From NCBI GenBank assembly GCA_965113315.1, contig OZ220368.1: 64,000 bases of DNA. One strand, 5' to 3'. Made by a program: the position numbers and the translations under genes. The notes under the pieces are model-generated. The model was not told the DNA's origin, did not search any database, and saw only the letters and a list, made by a program, of their open reading frames with translations. Source of the stretch: Podarcis vaucheri (Eukaryota). Positions 1-12,630 of this stretch are shown here, piece after piece. How positions within the stretch are numbered: position 1 is the first letter of the stretch; every line of letters starts with the position of its first letter.

Positions 1-199
1 ATCTCATGACTAGTAGCCATTGATATGAATGTGTCTAATCCTCTTTTAAAGCTGTCCAAGTTGGGGGCCATCACTCCATCTTCTGGAGCAAATAGCATAG
101 TTTAATTCTGTGCTGTGGGAGGGGGGGGTTTCCTTTTGTTTGCCCTGGATTTTCCAACTTTCAGTATTGCTAGATGCCCCTGGGTCCTAGTATTATGAC

Positions 200-239
<40 letters not shown>

Positions 240-310
240 ATTTTCTTTACATCATGTATAATTTTAAACACCTCTATCATGTCTCTCCTTGCTCAGTCTT
301 TTTCTAAAAC
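1..310 (-). mobile_element. Degenerate CR1-like LINE fragment containing a (GA)n microsatellite (~198-236)
   Basis: Resembles the reverse complement of the CR1 RT C-terminus (tctaatcctcttttaaagc...ttggNggccatcac). Confidence 0.55.
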
Positions 311-1633
311 TTCACTTGCCCAGAGGAAGGGTAGCAAACATGGTGCTGAAACACAACTTCCATCAGCCTCAACCAAATGGCCAATGATCAGAGATGATGG
401 CAGTTGTAGTTCCCCATCCCTGTTCAAGGTGATGGGTCCCATGCATTCATACTTTATGTTCCATGATACTCCTCACTATTTACCGGTAAGTTGCTGGAAC
501 AAACCTCGGAAATGTATCAGAGTTAGAACTAGCTAAAAATTGCCATTTAATTTATTTTTATGCAATTGCTGATCTGCCTTGAATCAATTAATAAATATCT
601 TGAATTCCAAACCTGAAATGGATGAAAGAGCTTTGCCTGCACACAGTCTCCCCTGTGGGCTGGCTGCTCACACCTAAGGTACTTGGTTACTAGAAGGGAG
701 CAGACCCCTTAAAGATCTGAATCCCCTTGTGTACTGAGCTAAAAATACATGGATGGAGGTAGCTCTGTTCATGAGTAAACAACACAATGTCCTGACTCAC
801 TAGGGCATATGTTCCCTCCACAACATAAGCATCAAAACACCACACATTTTGAGATATTCAAGCTCATATTCTATAGGGTGTGTCAAGCAGCACACAACTG
901 ATAAATTTATTTCACAGAAACAGAGATGACGGGAGCCAAAAGGCCACAGACCCCAAAGGTCCTGCCCCCAAAGTAAAGTTCCCCCACCTACGTACCTGCA
1001 TCTGCAAGATGGGCAATGCAATTGAGAACATAGTATGTCACAAGCAAAGGGCAGGTACACAGTGGGAAAGGTGCCCACAGAGCGTTTTGTAAGCTACTCG
1101 TTCGTAATTCATGACTTCCCAATGCAAAGGACTCAAAGACATTAAAGGCTGCATTGAAGTGAAAGGAGTTCTGCATTACAAATTCAAACGCGGTGAATTA
1201 ATTGCACATTAACAAATTAATGAGTTATAGATTCTTGAATGATTAACTGTGAATTATTTGAGTCATGAGGGTTGTTCACAGCAGAGTTCATTTACTCAAA
1301 GGAAACTGAACCTTCTTAAAAGCACTCTGCTATATTTTTCTTTAAAAAGGGAAATCCTGGTTTTGTTTCAAACACTTGGTTTACTCCAGCTCCTGCGATG
1401 GCATGGGGTTGTTTCCAACTATGTCTTACTCAACACAGACCCTTTGAAATTGATGGGCCTATATTCGTCATGTGCATTTATTTCAATAATTAATACTCTC
1501 AGTATCCTGAGAACAACTAAAATTGGATAGAACCACAAGCTCCGAAGTTACCAACATCACCAGTGACACAACTCTCCCCTTAAAAAAACAGATTATGAAT
1601 CTAAGCAATCCATTTCCCTAAATCCAAAGTAGG

Positions 1634-1768
1634 ACCATAGATAGCTCAGGTGGTAGAGCATGGGACTCCTAATCTCAGAGTTGTGGGTTCAAGCCCCAAA
1701 CTGGGTGGAATATTCCTGCATTGCAGGGGGTTGGACTTGATGACCCTTGGGGTCCCTTCCAACTCTAA
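1634..1768 (+). mobile_element. SINE with tRNA-Lys-derived head and CR1 3' tail
   Basis: A-box tagctcaggtggtagagca and B-box ggttcaagccc resemble tRNA-Lys(CTT); followed directly by the CR1 tail ttcctgcattgcagggggttggac...ccttccaactcta. Confidence 0.8.
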
Positions 1769-1977
1769 AGGTGACCCTGGGACACATTTTGCAGCCCAAG
1801 GGTCACATTCCCTTATGGGCAAGCTTCCTGGGGCTCCAAGGGCAAAAGTGGGCAGGGCAACAGAGACTACCCTTACCTTCTTTTTTTTTACAGTAGGCTA
1901 TATTCCAGACATACCACAAATCAGGAGGTTTCTTCACACATACACACACAAAGAGAGGAAGATGCTTTATGCTACAT

Positions 1978-2127
1978 GAGACCATTGGTTCACCTTTCTC
2001 AGTACTGTCTACACTGCTAGCAATGGTTCTCCAGGGTTTCAGGCAGGGAGTCTTCTCCTAGCCCTACCTGGGGATGTCAGGGATGGAACTTGGGACCTTC
2101 TGAATGCCCTACCACTGAGCTACAGCG
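1978..2127 (-). mobile_element. tRNA-derived squamate SINE (Squam3-like), degenerate; related copies near 18930-19110 (-), 29020-29175 (+) and 54770-54955 (+)
   Basis: Reverse strand begins gctgtagctcagtggtag; the copies share the body cagtgtagacagtactgag. Confidence 0.6.
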
Positions 2128-3672
2128 CTTCCCCACACCTCTGTCCAGACAAGCGAGAGGCATTGCCACTAATCAAGGAAACGTTCTGGATAGGCAGAAG
2201 CTCTTGAGGAGGATATAGGATTGGGATGCCTGTGGTGAATCCCAAGTGCCAGATAGGCTGGCAGGAGGCAATAGTCAAGCCTCTGGGCCTGAGGTTCCCC
2301 ACCCTTGCCAACACTAAGTTGAACCCACCCACCCCGGCCATCACATGGCAGCTGAACCTAAATGCATATCGGATGTTGTCAGGGGCGAGAGACAAAGGTG
2401 AGGGCAACCAAGGAAAGTGGAGGATGATGAGCCACCGCTACATCCCTCCATTGTCTCATGACATCCTAGATGCTTATTGGGCTAGCTCCCCATCTGTGCA
2501 GGATGCCAACTAGGCTAGGAAGAGGACAAGAGCCTCAGCACCATTTCTGCAGGGAAAAAATCATAGAATTGGAGAGTATAGTATGAAAATCAATATCCAG
2601 AACAGATGCCCATTTATCTGGTACGTGATATACAAATTCTGCCAAGATTAGAGAATGCAGGCCAAAATTCTTTTCAATGGCATTTGGCTCATGTTTTGGA
2701 AAGTCACTTTCAAAGAATCGTAAATATGGTTCTGCTCATCCACCCCTACCCAAGCTTTCTAGGCACAGGTATGCGTTTTCCCAGTCAGGGTCCGAGCACT
2801 TTTTTAAAAATAAAAAATGCCGCAGGAAAACCTATTCTTTAATACTGAATTGGAACAAACAGTAATTCAGGTTTCCTGCAGTCTTCCATTTGCTCCGATT
2901 TAGAGGTAAAGAGCAGGTTTTCGTGGAGAAAGCGCTGGAGGTAAAAAAAAGAAAAGCACTCAGACAAGGAATGTTAAAGTGCAGACCTGTGCCTACAAAT
3001 GAGGAGCAAAGGTAAGTGTCTATAAGCCCTTAGGGCTCGTTCATACTTCTACATGTCCTGTGCCTAGAAAGCATGGGTCAAAGTGGTTTCTCCCCTGCCC
3101 TGCTCCTTTCCCAGGAAAAACTTGCTCTTTAGCTCTAAACTGAAACAAAAAGCAATCTGCAAGCAACCCAAATTGCCATTTGCTCTGATTGAGCGTTAAA
3201 GAGTGGTTTTCCCCAGGGTAAAGCAGCAGGACAAGAGGAAGTGTGGAAGAGATTTGTTGGGGGAACAAACCAGGAACATTTGGTTCTTTGTGCAGAAGCC
3301 CTGCATGGTGAGCTATCAGAACTATGGCACAGGAAAACTTTACAGGCAGTGAAATATTCTCAGGCTGTGGCCAGATCTCAGTCATCCAAACTGGTAAATG
3401 GGAGCTTCCTTCTCTGGACTGAGCCACAAAATCTTCCTGGCTCTGATACACCCTCAGCTCTGATTTCCTGATTTAGGGTCCCTCCCAATGTCCTTTTGAC
3501 TGTGAAGTCATTGTAATCTATGGTCATGAAGGTAGCAAGGCCCCACTTTCAATACTGTTTGCACCTGCAAAAGTTTCAGGACAGTCATGCTGCTTTGTTA
3601 CCGGTCACTGGACATCCTGTAACTTCCCGCTGAAATCCTTAAGCTTTTTATATTTTTTTGTCCCACTTTTGT

Positions 3673-3743
3673 TGCCTGGCGTGCTCTGGTCCATGGGGTC
3701 ACGAAGAGTCGGACACGACTAAACGACTAAACAACAACAACAA
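3673..3743 (+). mobile_element. Bov-B (RTE) LINE extreme 3' end
   Basis: gcctggcgtgctctggtccatggggtcacgaagagtcggacacgactaaacgactaaa followed by a (caa)n tail. Confidence 0.85.
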
Positions 3744-4054
3744 AGTGCAAGAGTGCCCCCTTCCCCAGATATCAATAATGGAATAGTATTGGTGAAGCAT
3801 CACAGAACTAACCAGAGTGATGTGTGGGCAGTCCAGTATAAATCCCCTCACTAATGCACAATTTTTACATCAATGAACACCCCCATGAGAGCTTCAAAGC
3901 ACAGACCTATGCCTAGAAATGAGCAGAAAAAGAAAGTATGTGTGGATGAGCTTTTAGGGCACATTCAACCACCCACAAAAAACACCAGTCTGAAGGAGCC
4001 TTTAGGCACTCAGCTCTTAGCTCACCTCTGATAGCTCTCTCACTACTGCCGCCA

Positions 4055-4056
<2 letters not shown>

Positions 4057-4128
<72 letters not shown>
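4057..4128. repeat. Compound microsatellite (CT)20(CA)16
   Basis: Read directly from the sequence. Confidence 0.95.
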
Positions 4129-4131
<3 letters not shown>

Positions 4132-5193
4132 TACCTTTAGATCAACCTGGAAGACCCCCCTTTTTTGCTCCCCATCCTCTTGATCCTGCAAAGGACCATG
4201 AATATCTGCAAACAGCGGGCTCGGGAGTGCTGTTCTTGTAACAGCTAAAGGGCTCTCGAAGAGCTGGAGAATGCATGCCTCAAATACTCGAGACAGGAGT
4301 GGCTGATAATCCCTTCTCTTTCGATGGGAAACTTTTGTGCCCCTTACGCTCTGCCTTGTTCAAGCTGCCAGGAGAAAATGAACCGAAACACAGAGGATTA
4401 GAGGGGTGAGAGGTGTGAGGGAAGAGAGCTCAGGGGCTGCACTTCTGAGGGAGGGTGGGAATATATACAGGAAGCCCAAGGCCAAAGTGTCAATGTAGCT
4501 GCGATGTGGGTTTGGGTGGCATCCGCCCAAGAGACCCCCAGCCATCTGCCTGGCTGCAGCCAAAGCTCCAGCAGAAAATCTACATGTGGTTTCCCCACAT
4601 TGTTTGGTGAAGGGTACTAGCTGCCATGGCAACGGTTGGAGCCCAGCTTGCCTGTCAGGCATGAAGGAAAAGCCATGCTCTTTGGCAGAGGTCCCGGGCG
4701 ATGCTTTCCTTTGGGAGAGAGCCCTTCTGCTGCCCACCTACAACACATTCCAAGCCAGGAGAAGAGGCTCTCCAGGACGCTCTTGGGCCTTAGCTGAGAT
4801 TCCAGCAACCTTGTTCTCTCTTTCCCGGTTCGTTTCTGCCGAAAGGCTGCACCTTGTTGGAAGAAGGAAATCCATTCACACCAAACTTACAGCTAAGTAA
4901 AGGAAGAATCAGAGAGATGGTTGGAGGGTGGTTGTGGTGGACAGGAGTCAATACCAGGATACAGTAGTGGAAAATTGATGGTGGAATTTGTCATCGCACT
5001 ATAAGGCGATAGTTCTGCCATTGTAAGTATTTCTGCTTGCTGGGTGGAACTCTCTCTTAGCTCTTCCCACCAATCTGTTGTGGGAGTTTTCCTGACCCTC
5101 CACAGCAGATTTGGGGGAGGAGAGAGAAGGGAACTCCACTCAAAGGCGGAGCTAGCTGATCCGACACCCAAAGCAGCACACATGCTGTGCACC

Positions 5194-5338
5194 CAGGGGT
5201 GAGGCTAGCCGCCCACGGGGGCAGGGTGTGCGGCGAGCATCCCAGGGGGGCAGGGCAGCAATGTCACCCCCCTCAGGGATGACACCCGGGGCGAGCCACA
5301 CCCACCGCACCCCCCTTCCTCCCCCAGTGACTCCACTG
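5194..5338. mobile_element. GC-rich hAT-like MITE
   Basis: cagggg...ccactg ends and a GC-rich body in AT-richer flanks; no clear target-site duplication. Confidence 0.4.
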
Positions 5339-8300
5339 TGCTAGCAGAAGTCCTTCATGAGTTGAATCCAGCCCAAAAGTCCCAGAACGTTGTCCTAATA
5401 CATTCAAGACATTCTGTCTATTATGTTTGTAATCTATCGATCACCTCATCACAGCATACATAGGGCACCAATTCCAGTCCTTCCATCAAGCCCATGGCAA
5501 TCCTGAATGGCCTCCCCCCTTCCTCCAGTTGCCATCTGGCCTCCTCAATCCAGATCAGCATCACTGATGAGATACACTGTGTTCTGAGAGCAGCCCTCTT
5601 CTTCCTTACCCCTACAACTCTGAAGGGGAGGTCTGGAGCTGCCCAGAAAACATCAGTCTCACATACAGGACCAAAGATAGATGAGCCCTAGAGCCCATGC
5701 CACAACTGACTGAGAGCCTTCTCTATTCATGTTCCATGACTCTGGTGTGCTGCTGGACTCTCTCCGTGCCACGACACTGAGAAAACTGCATGCCACTAAG
5801 GCACTGTTGATAAGCCAGCTTCCCCAGATGCTACCCTGTAATTGTCTGGAGAAACTGTGGGAAAATCAAGGGGATTTGCTACTGGGTGCGGGGGAGGCAG
5901 AATCCCATTAGAAGAGCAAAGCATGAAATCCAGGGAGATAGAGGGTTGCAGAATTTGCAAGATGCGTCCCGGCACAGACATGGGTTAATTAGGGATCTAG
6001 GTTCAAAGGGAGTCAGCAGAAGCAATTAAGATTAGTCCACAAATGGGGTCTGTACAAGCAAGAATGGCAGAAGCACATACAGGGGGAGACAAATCTGTCT
6101 GAGCGATCCTTCAGATGGCAAAACAACAGCCATGGCTCAGAGGGCGGAGAATAGTTTTTGATTACTTAGGAAGATTGAAATAATCAATACACAACAACAA
6201 TTCTGTGCCACAAGAGCAATTCTGTGTGATTGCTGCAAAGGAAAACATTTGGAGAGGTGGGGCTTCTTCCAACAGTGCAGGGCTGGTGGGAAGAAATTAC
6301 ACACTGCAAAAATCCCCCAATTAATAGTATGCAGGAGGCCCATCATGTACAATTCTACTGCCTGGCAAGTGCAGCTCTCTGGCCCCATGCACACCCACAC
6401 CCTTCCTACATTCACCCAACACTGAAGGCGTGAGGTGCCTGGAATCCTAAACTGGCATCACTGTCAGTCTTTGGTGACTTTCCAGGCATCAGTGTTTGGA
6501 TAACATTGTCTCAAAGCCCTTTTTATTTTATTTTTAAGCAGGGTTGGAGGAGAGGTAAGCTACTGAAACTTGCCAAAACTACCAGCAGGAAATCAGTGGC
6601 AGAGTTCTTCTTCTGGTGAGAATTGAGGAGCTTTGCTTTCCATTGGCCTCGTTCTTCTGCAGCCATTGCCCTTGCCAAAACCTGCCCTCCAGTTCTTTGA
6701 AAGTTTTCTTCTCCTGCTTAAGAGGCTTCCGTTCTGCCTCTCTATCAGGTCACTTGAGAATGTCTTTAGAATTTCAGTGGCTGCAGGGTTTTCAGCTTAA
6801 TATATTGTTGCACCAAACATTTCTCTCCTTTCTGTTAATTTGCAAACACATTTCCTTTTCTCAATAACTGATGTAGAATTTTTTTTATTAAAAAAAAATG
6901 GGACAAATTTTCAATAGAGCATTAACTAAGGAGTTCCTAGAAAGCTATAGGGATGGAATGGGTAAGAGTGAAATGGCAGGAAGTTATTAGGTAAATGGCA
7001 AACACAGCAATGGATGGGAAGCCGTCTTTATTTGCGCAAGCCATTGACTGGCAGGATCTTGCCACTGTGCAAATTGAACTGGAGCAACTTATTTGCTGTG
7101 GAATCATTTGACTCCATGAAGCAAAGAAGCTGGGCAGAGGGAAGCTGCCTCACTGGCAACTCCTGGGTGACAAAGAGTGGGGCAGCCCCAATGGAACAGT
7201 ACTGTCTGAGCAGCTTAACTCCCCGCTCTGGGGAAGGGGTGCATGGCCAATCCCACATCGCATTAAGCGAATACAAACATATGGTAGAAACAACGCAACG
7301 TGCAAATCCCTTCGGCATTGAGTTTTCTTACTGCTATCCAGACAGATTTCAACAGTGGACTGAATTAGAATTGGGGGTGGGGGCAAGAGGGCTAAGGACA
7401 GCACTAGGTCAACTGTCGCAGAGAAATAGCTACAAGGAACAACTGTGCAGCTTGCCACAGAGAGTGCACATCCACACTGCTTCTCTTTCTAAGTCACAGA
7501 TGGCTCCGACTCTTCCCTGGCTTCCTATCTCTAGGAGGTCAGCACAAAGGGCAGAAACTTCTAGGAGGCGTAGCAGGTACTCTGACCCCCCCCCAAAAAA
7601 AAAGCATGAAAGTTTCATTTTGAGCCAACCAAGAAAGGAGCACAAGAGCAACAGGATGGATGAACAACCAACACACAGGGTCAGCCAGCTGACAGAGGAT
7701 GGCAGGGGTAGAATCAGCTTCCCTGCATGCCATCTTCTGTCTGCAAACGTAGATGGCCCCGTCTTATGTGCATATGGCAGAAAACAGAAAGCAAGTAGGC
7801 AAGCTCAAACGTTTACCTCCTCTCTTTTAGGCATGGACACACTTAGGGCTCACACTAGAGGTGACTTTAAGCCTCTCTTTAAGGCAGATGGTTGAAATTG
7901 ACCATATTCCTTTCTCTAAAATGCCCTCCACCCATTGGGATCCGTAACACGACATGGGAGAAAGGGGCTTAACCTCCTGCACCATTTTCCTGCAGAGAAA
8001 TCACCCCCAGCTGCTATTTACTCCAACTGGGGGTGGGGCGGGAATTAAATAAGGGCAAATAGCTTCAAGGGGGAGTTCCAGCAGGAAAATGGTCCCATGG
8101 TCCTGATCCAGACCAGGGCCCCTGCTGTGGTTGCTTTTCATAAAGAGAAACAATTCCAACCTGTGCTTAACTCATGTTGAGTTTGACCCTGAGAGCGCCT
8201 TCCCAAAACACCAGATGATCTTCACACAATTATTTTTCCCCCCACACAGAATGTGACACCATGCACAGCAGAAGCCTTATCACTGCACTTTAAGAGTTTG

Positions 8301-8373
8301 CAAATGTGTTCCAGGTCCCATTCCTAAGGGTTAATTTGCTTCTTATTTGAATAAAGGGCACAATAATAGTTTG

Positions 8374-8924
8374 CATACCCTCCATCATTTCAGTGATGAA
8401 AACAGGGGTGTCCCATTCCATAAGGATAATTTTACTATTTATACTTCACACATCTAACTGTTGCGTTGCCCCAGCCATTCAGGGAAGTTTCCAGCATATA
8501 TAAATACATAATAAACATTAAACTTTTTTAAAAAACTTCCCTATACAGTGATACCTTGTTTTGAGTCCACGATCTGTTCCAGAGCCCCGGACGCTCGACA
8601 AAAAGAATGCTCAACAAAGCATTCTGCGCTTCTGCGCATGCATGAGCAGCAAACCTGGAAGTAACCCATTTTGGTACTTCAGGGTTTGCTGCGGACGTCC
8701 GCCGAAATGGACGCTGGACGGGGCGGACTTATACGGAGGTAGCACTGTACAGGATTGCCTTCAGACCACTCAGGGGTGGGATAACTCCATACCCTCCAAC
8801 ATTTCTCCAATGAAAATAGGGACATCCTAAGGAAAAGTGGGACATTCCTGGATCAAATCAGAAACAAGGACAGCTTCTCTAAATCAGGGACGTCCCTGGA
8901 AAATAGGGACACTTGGAAGGTCTG
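8374..8924. mobile_element. Composite non-autonomous hAT-like element carrying a captured LINE 3' end and a nested MITE
   Basis: Imperfect TIRs cataccctcc/ggaaggtctg, flanking direct repeat agtttg (8368-8373 and 8925-8930), repeated gggac subterminal motifs, and a second internal left end at ~8788-8826. Confidence 0.7.
8546..8747. mobile_element. Tc1/mariner (pogo/Tigger-type) MITE
   Basis: TA|cagtgatacct...aggtagcactg|TA: terminal inverted repeats with a TA duplication. Confidence 0.8.
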
Positions 8925-9747
8925 AGTTTGCAGTATGAGGCAGCCAATGAGCCAGGCTGAGTCCTCTTTGCCAGTCCCAAAGCGAATGTCTACAAAATAA
9001 CCACAGATTCTGATTATCTCCAAAGGGCTCAAACTGGGGGGAGTCTGGAGGTTGTAGCCAAGTCAGTCAGATGCAAAGTAGACTTGCTGAAATTAATGGA
9101 CGTGACTAAGGTACGGTTCATCAATGCCAAGGAGCCTGCTCTGCGTATAACTTTGTTGGATACAAAACTGGGCTTGTAAATGAGGAGAGTGATGGAAAAG
9201 GAGATTTGCATTTTCACAATCTCTTCATGAAACAGGGCCTGCACCTTTGACAGCATCTTAGCCAGCTCTGTAACCAAAAGGACCACAAAGGAGAGAAGCT
9301 TTGCAACAAAATAAGTGGGAGTCATTACTGGGAGTGGGAGTCTTAAAAGAAGAAAAGAAATCCAAGAATCCAGTCCATGTTTTATGAGCTGCCCGAAAGA
9401 CATAAAGAAAAGCGCTCAAGTGCAGGGAAAGGCAACCAGCCGCTCTTGGGCCCTTTTGAACCTGTCACAACATTGCTTGCACTGCCCTGAAGTGAGAAAA
9501 GCAACTGCTCAGATTCAGAAGACGAGAACCTGCAAGTGATACCCTCTGCTTGCTTCACTTTCCCAAATAGGAAGCTAAAGTTTTCCCAACACAGATTAAT
9601 CTGTATAAATAGAGGAAGCAGCAAATAAAACCTAATAGGCGAATGACCACCATCAAGTCCATTTTCTCCTCCCTGTACGCGTGACTCAGATCTAGGGAAT
9701 CTATCAGCTCCCTAGCACAAGTGTGGAGAAGAAGAAGAAATGAATTA

Positions 9748-9989
9748 CAGTGGTACCTCGGGTTAAGAACTTAATTCGTTCTGGAGGTCCATTCTTAACC
9801 TGAAACTGTTCTTAACCTGAGGTACCACTTTAGTTAATGGGGCCTCCTGCTGCTACTGCGCCACCGCCGCACGATTTCTATTCTCATCCTGAAGCAAAGT
9901 TCTTAACCCAAGGTAATATTTCTGGGTTAGCGGAGTCTGTAACCTGAAGCATCTGTAACCTGAAGCGTCTGTAACCCGAAGTACCACTG
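9748..9989. mobile_element. Tc1/mariner (pogo/Tigger-type) MITE
   Basis: TA|cagtggtacctcgggtta...taacccgaagtaccactg|TA, with internal tctgtaacctgaagc repeats. Confidence 0.88.
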
Positions 9990-11720
9990 TACTCATGCCA
10001 CCATTTTCGCCTTATATTTTGCATACAGTACTCTTTTCCACACAGTTATTGTACTCTCCTGGGGAGGAGAGAGGAAGCAACAGTGAGAATTGGCCCCAAG
10101 AGATGGCTAACTGTCAAATACAGGACATGGGAAATCAGCAGACGGGAACATGACTTACAACAGTTCATGTAGAGCTTATGAAGAAACAGCAGAACAAATA
10201 GCAAAAGACAGCTGACCAGTAACTCAAAGCCTAGCAGTAGAAAGCTTTAGGGAAAATAAGTCATTCGGAGGCAGTGGGATAAAGAGAGCTATTAAAGATC
10301 CTACTATATATATCAAATTTATTTGCAGCACACCTTCAAGGGCAGGGCAGATACGATATCTACCTCAAGTTGGGCAAAATCTCTTTTTAAAGGATAGAAA
10401 AAATCAATTATTTGGCCAGTGCCATTGATTAAGGTGTAAAAGCAAGACTGTTTGGAACTGTTTGGGACAAAGGGCCAATAGACACATACAAAATGAACAA
10501 ACCATAGATGGAGACATTAGAATGAGACAAAGCTGTCATCACCATGCGCAGCTTACAACCTAACCAAATTTGTCATGTCATGACAGATTTGGCAGAGGTA
10601 GGTGGCATAGGAAACATGGATCGAATTGTGAGCAGAGTGCATGGCAAAACAGTAACATGCCAATTTCAACATGTGCTGAACTCAATGCACCCATGCCACA
10701 CAGTCGGCATAGCAATTTGTTTGCGCAAATTACCCCTAAAGCAGTTGTTTAAACATGTATCTACCTGGGATACAAGAAACCAAGCTGTTTATCTGCACTC
10801 TCAGAGAGTCATCCAAGCAGAAGTATGTGACAGGTCTCTGGAAAAGAAAGGTCCTTTTTCCATGGGACGCCCTTCTCATTGACTGCAACAGCCAGTTTGA
10901 CATCTGAGTCTTCATTGGCATCAACCACTCTGAATGTACTTTTTAATTACTAGGCAACCATGTCGGAACATAAGACATAGCATATTGAGTAGAAGCAGGC
11001 AGCCAAAGTTGAAAAGTGCAAAGTGCACAGCCCACAGTGGTCCTCATCAGCCATGTGGGCTACAGGAGGATAAGTGCTGGCTGAAATATGGTGCACATGT
11101 GTTAAACTGGGACCACATCCAGCATCGCATCCAATCCCCTTAATAAGAGCTGCATGCCTTTAATGTGTGACCATCAGCATAGTCCTGCTATGCAAATGTG
11201 CCTGAAAAGAGTAAAGGAGCTAAGCACAGAATGGAGGACTGCAGACTATCCCATTTCTGGAACGTGCCCTTGGAATTTTAGGTCAACAGTTTTTTCTGCA
11301 AGGGGGCAAAACATGGCTCAGAGACTGGCTAGAAGCCATTTCTTCTATGCTTTTTTGCAATCAAGAACATATATCCAAGTTCAACAATACAGACTTTTCC
11401 TCGGCAAAACGCACAGAAGTGTTGGCTGGGAAACCATCAGCTTCCTACTTCTGTGTATGTTTCCAAGAAATGAAGCCATTTAAGTGCACGTGAACAACCC
11501 ACAACTGATGTGAGGTAAGTGCATCTTGTGCTCTGGCATCTGCACCCAAAAAAACCCATAGGGGTTTTTCATGTATCACTCCAATCCGCCTGCATGGAGA
11601 ATGCTTCTGTTTTCCTAGACGATGGACAGGAAAGCTGTGGTCCTCTAGATGCTGTTGGACTCCAACTCTCACCAACCACAGCCAGCTTGGCCAACACCCA
11701 GGCAAGATGAGAGCTGCATT

Positions 11721-12630
11721 TTGAAGCTACAGCTACCTTTGGACAGAAGAAGAGTTTGGATTTGATATCCCGCTTTATCACTACCCGAAGGAGTCTCAAA
11801 GCAGCTAACATTCTCCTTTCCCTTCCTCCCCCACAACAAACACTCTGTGAGGTGAGTGGGGCTGAGAGGCTTCAGAGAAGTGTGACTAGCCCAAGGTCAC
11901 ACAGCAGCTGCAAGTGGAGGAGCGGAGACGCGAACCCGGTTCCCCAGATTGCGAGTCTATTGCTCTTAATCACTACACCACACTGGCTCTCAGAAATGAC
12001 TTGGACACCGTACTCCATGCTATTGTAACTTCCAGGCTTGATTACTACAATGTACTCTTCCAACGTGGGGATAACCTTGAAGACGACTCTGAAACTTCCA
12101 ACTTGTCCAAAATGCAGCAGGCAGATAGGGTTCTGTTTAGAGCTCATAAGGCCCCTGTTTCAAAACAGTCACACTTGTTGCCCATTGATTTCCAGGTCTG
12201 ATTCAAGGTGCTCACATTAGTATTTAAATCCCTAAACAACTTAGGCCCCAAATATCTGAAAGACTGCTTCCTTTCCCATGGATCTCCTATGTTCTGATCA
12301 ACAGAGGAGGCCCTCTTGGAAGCTCCATCACCCTCAGATATTCAAGGTGTGGCAGCTCAGAAGAGGACATTCTCTACGGCAGACCTAAGTTACAGAATAT
12401 CCTCCCCACAGAGGTGTCATGTCTGCAAGATCATATGCTGAAGATGTACCGTACCTCTTTACCCTGACCTTTGACACCTGAGATACCTATTTTTAAGACC
12501 CATCCTGTTCTTTTCCATTGTATTTGTTTTTAACTGGTTTCAATACGGTCTTCTGGATTGCTGTAACCTGCCCTGGGACCCTGTGGTGAAGGGCAAGTAA
12601 GAAACCAAGTTAATAATAGATAATAATAAT
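11721..12630 (+). mobile_element. 5'-truncated L2-like LINE (RT C-terminus, 3' UTR, (aat)n tail)
   Basis: Encodes NDLDTVLHAIVTSRLDYYNVL and, after frameshifts, LVQNAA, typical of the L2/CR1-clade ORF2 end. Confidence 0.8.
11749..11990 (-). mobile_element. MIR-like/Squam2-type tRNA-derived SINE inserted into the L2 fragment
   Basis: Reverse strand begins gagccagtgtggtgtagtgattaagagc with B-box ggttcgcgtc; cagaa is repeated on both sides. Confidence 0.8.

Noticed and set aside
1634-1707. Apparent tRNA gene (Lys-like, anticodon reads CCT)
   Set aside because: Mismatched stems, no oligo-T terminator, and it runs straight into a CR1 tail, so it is a SINE head.
7014-7895. 293-aa plus-strand ORF in CELSR2 intron 1
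   Set aside because: No recognisable domain, no promoter or exon context, and it runs through C/A homopolymers; most likely a chance ORF. BLASTp or RNA-seq would settle it.
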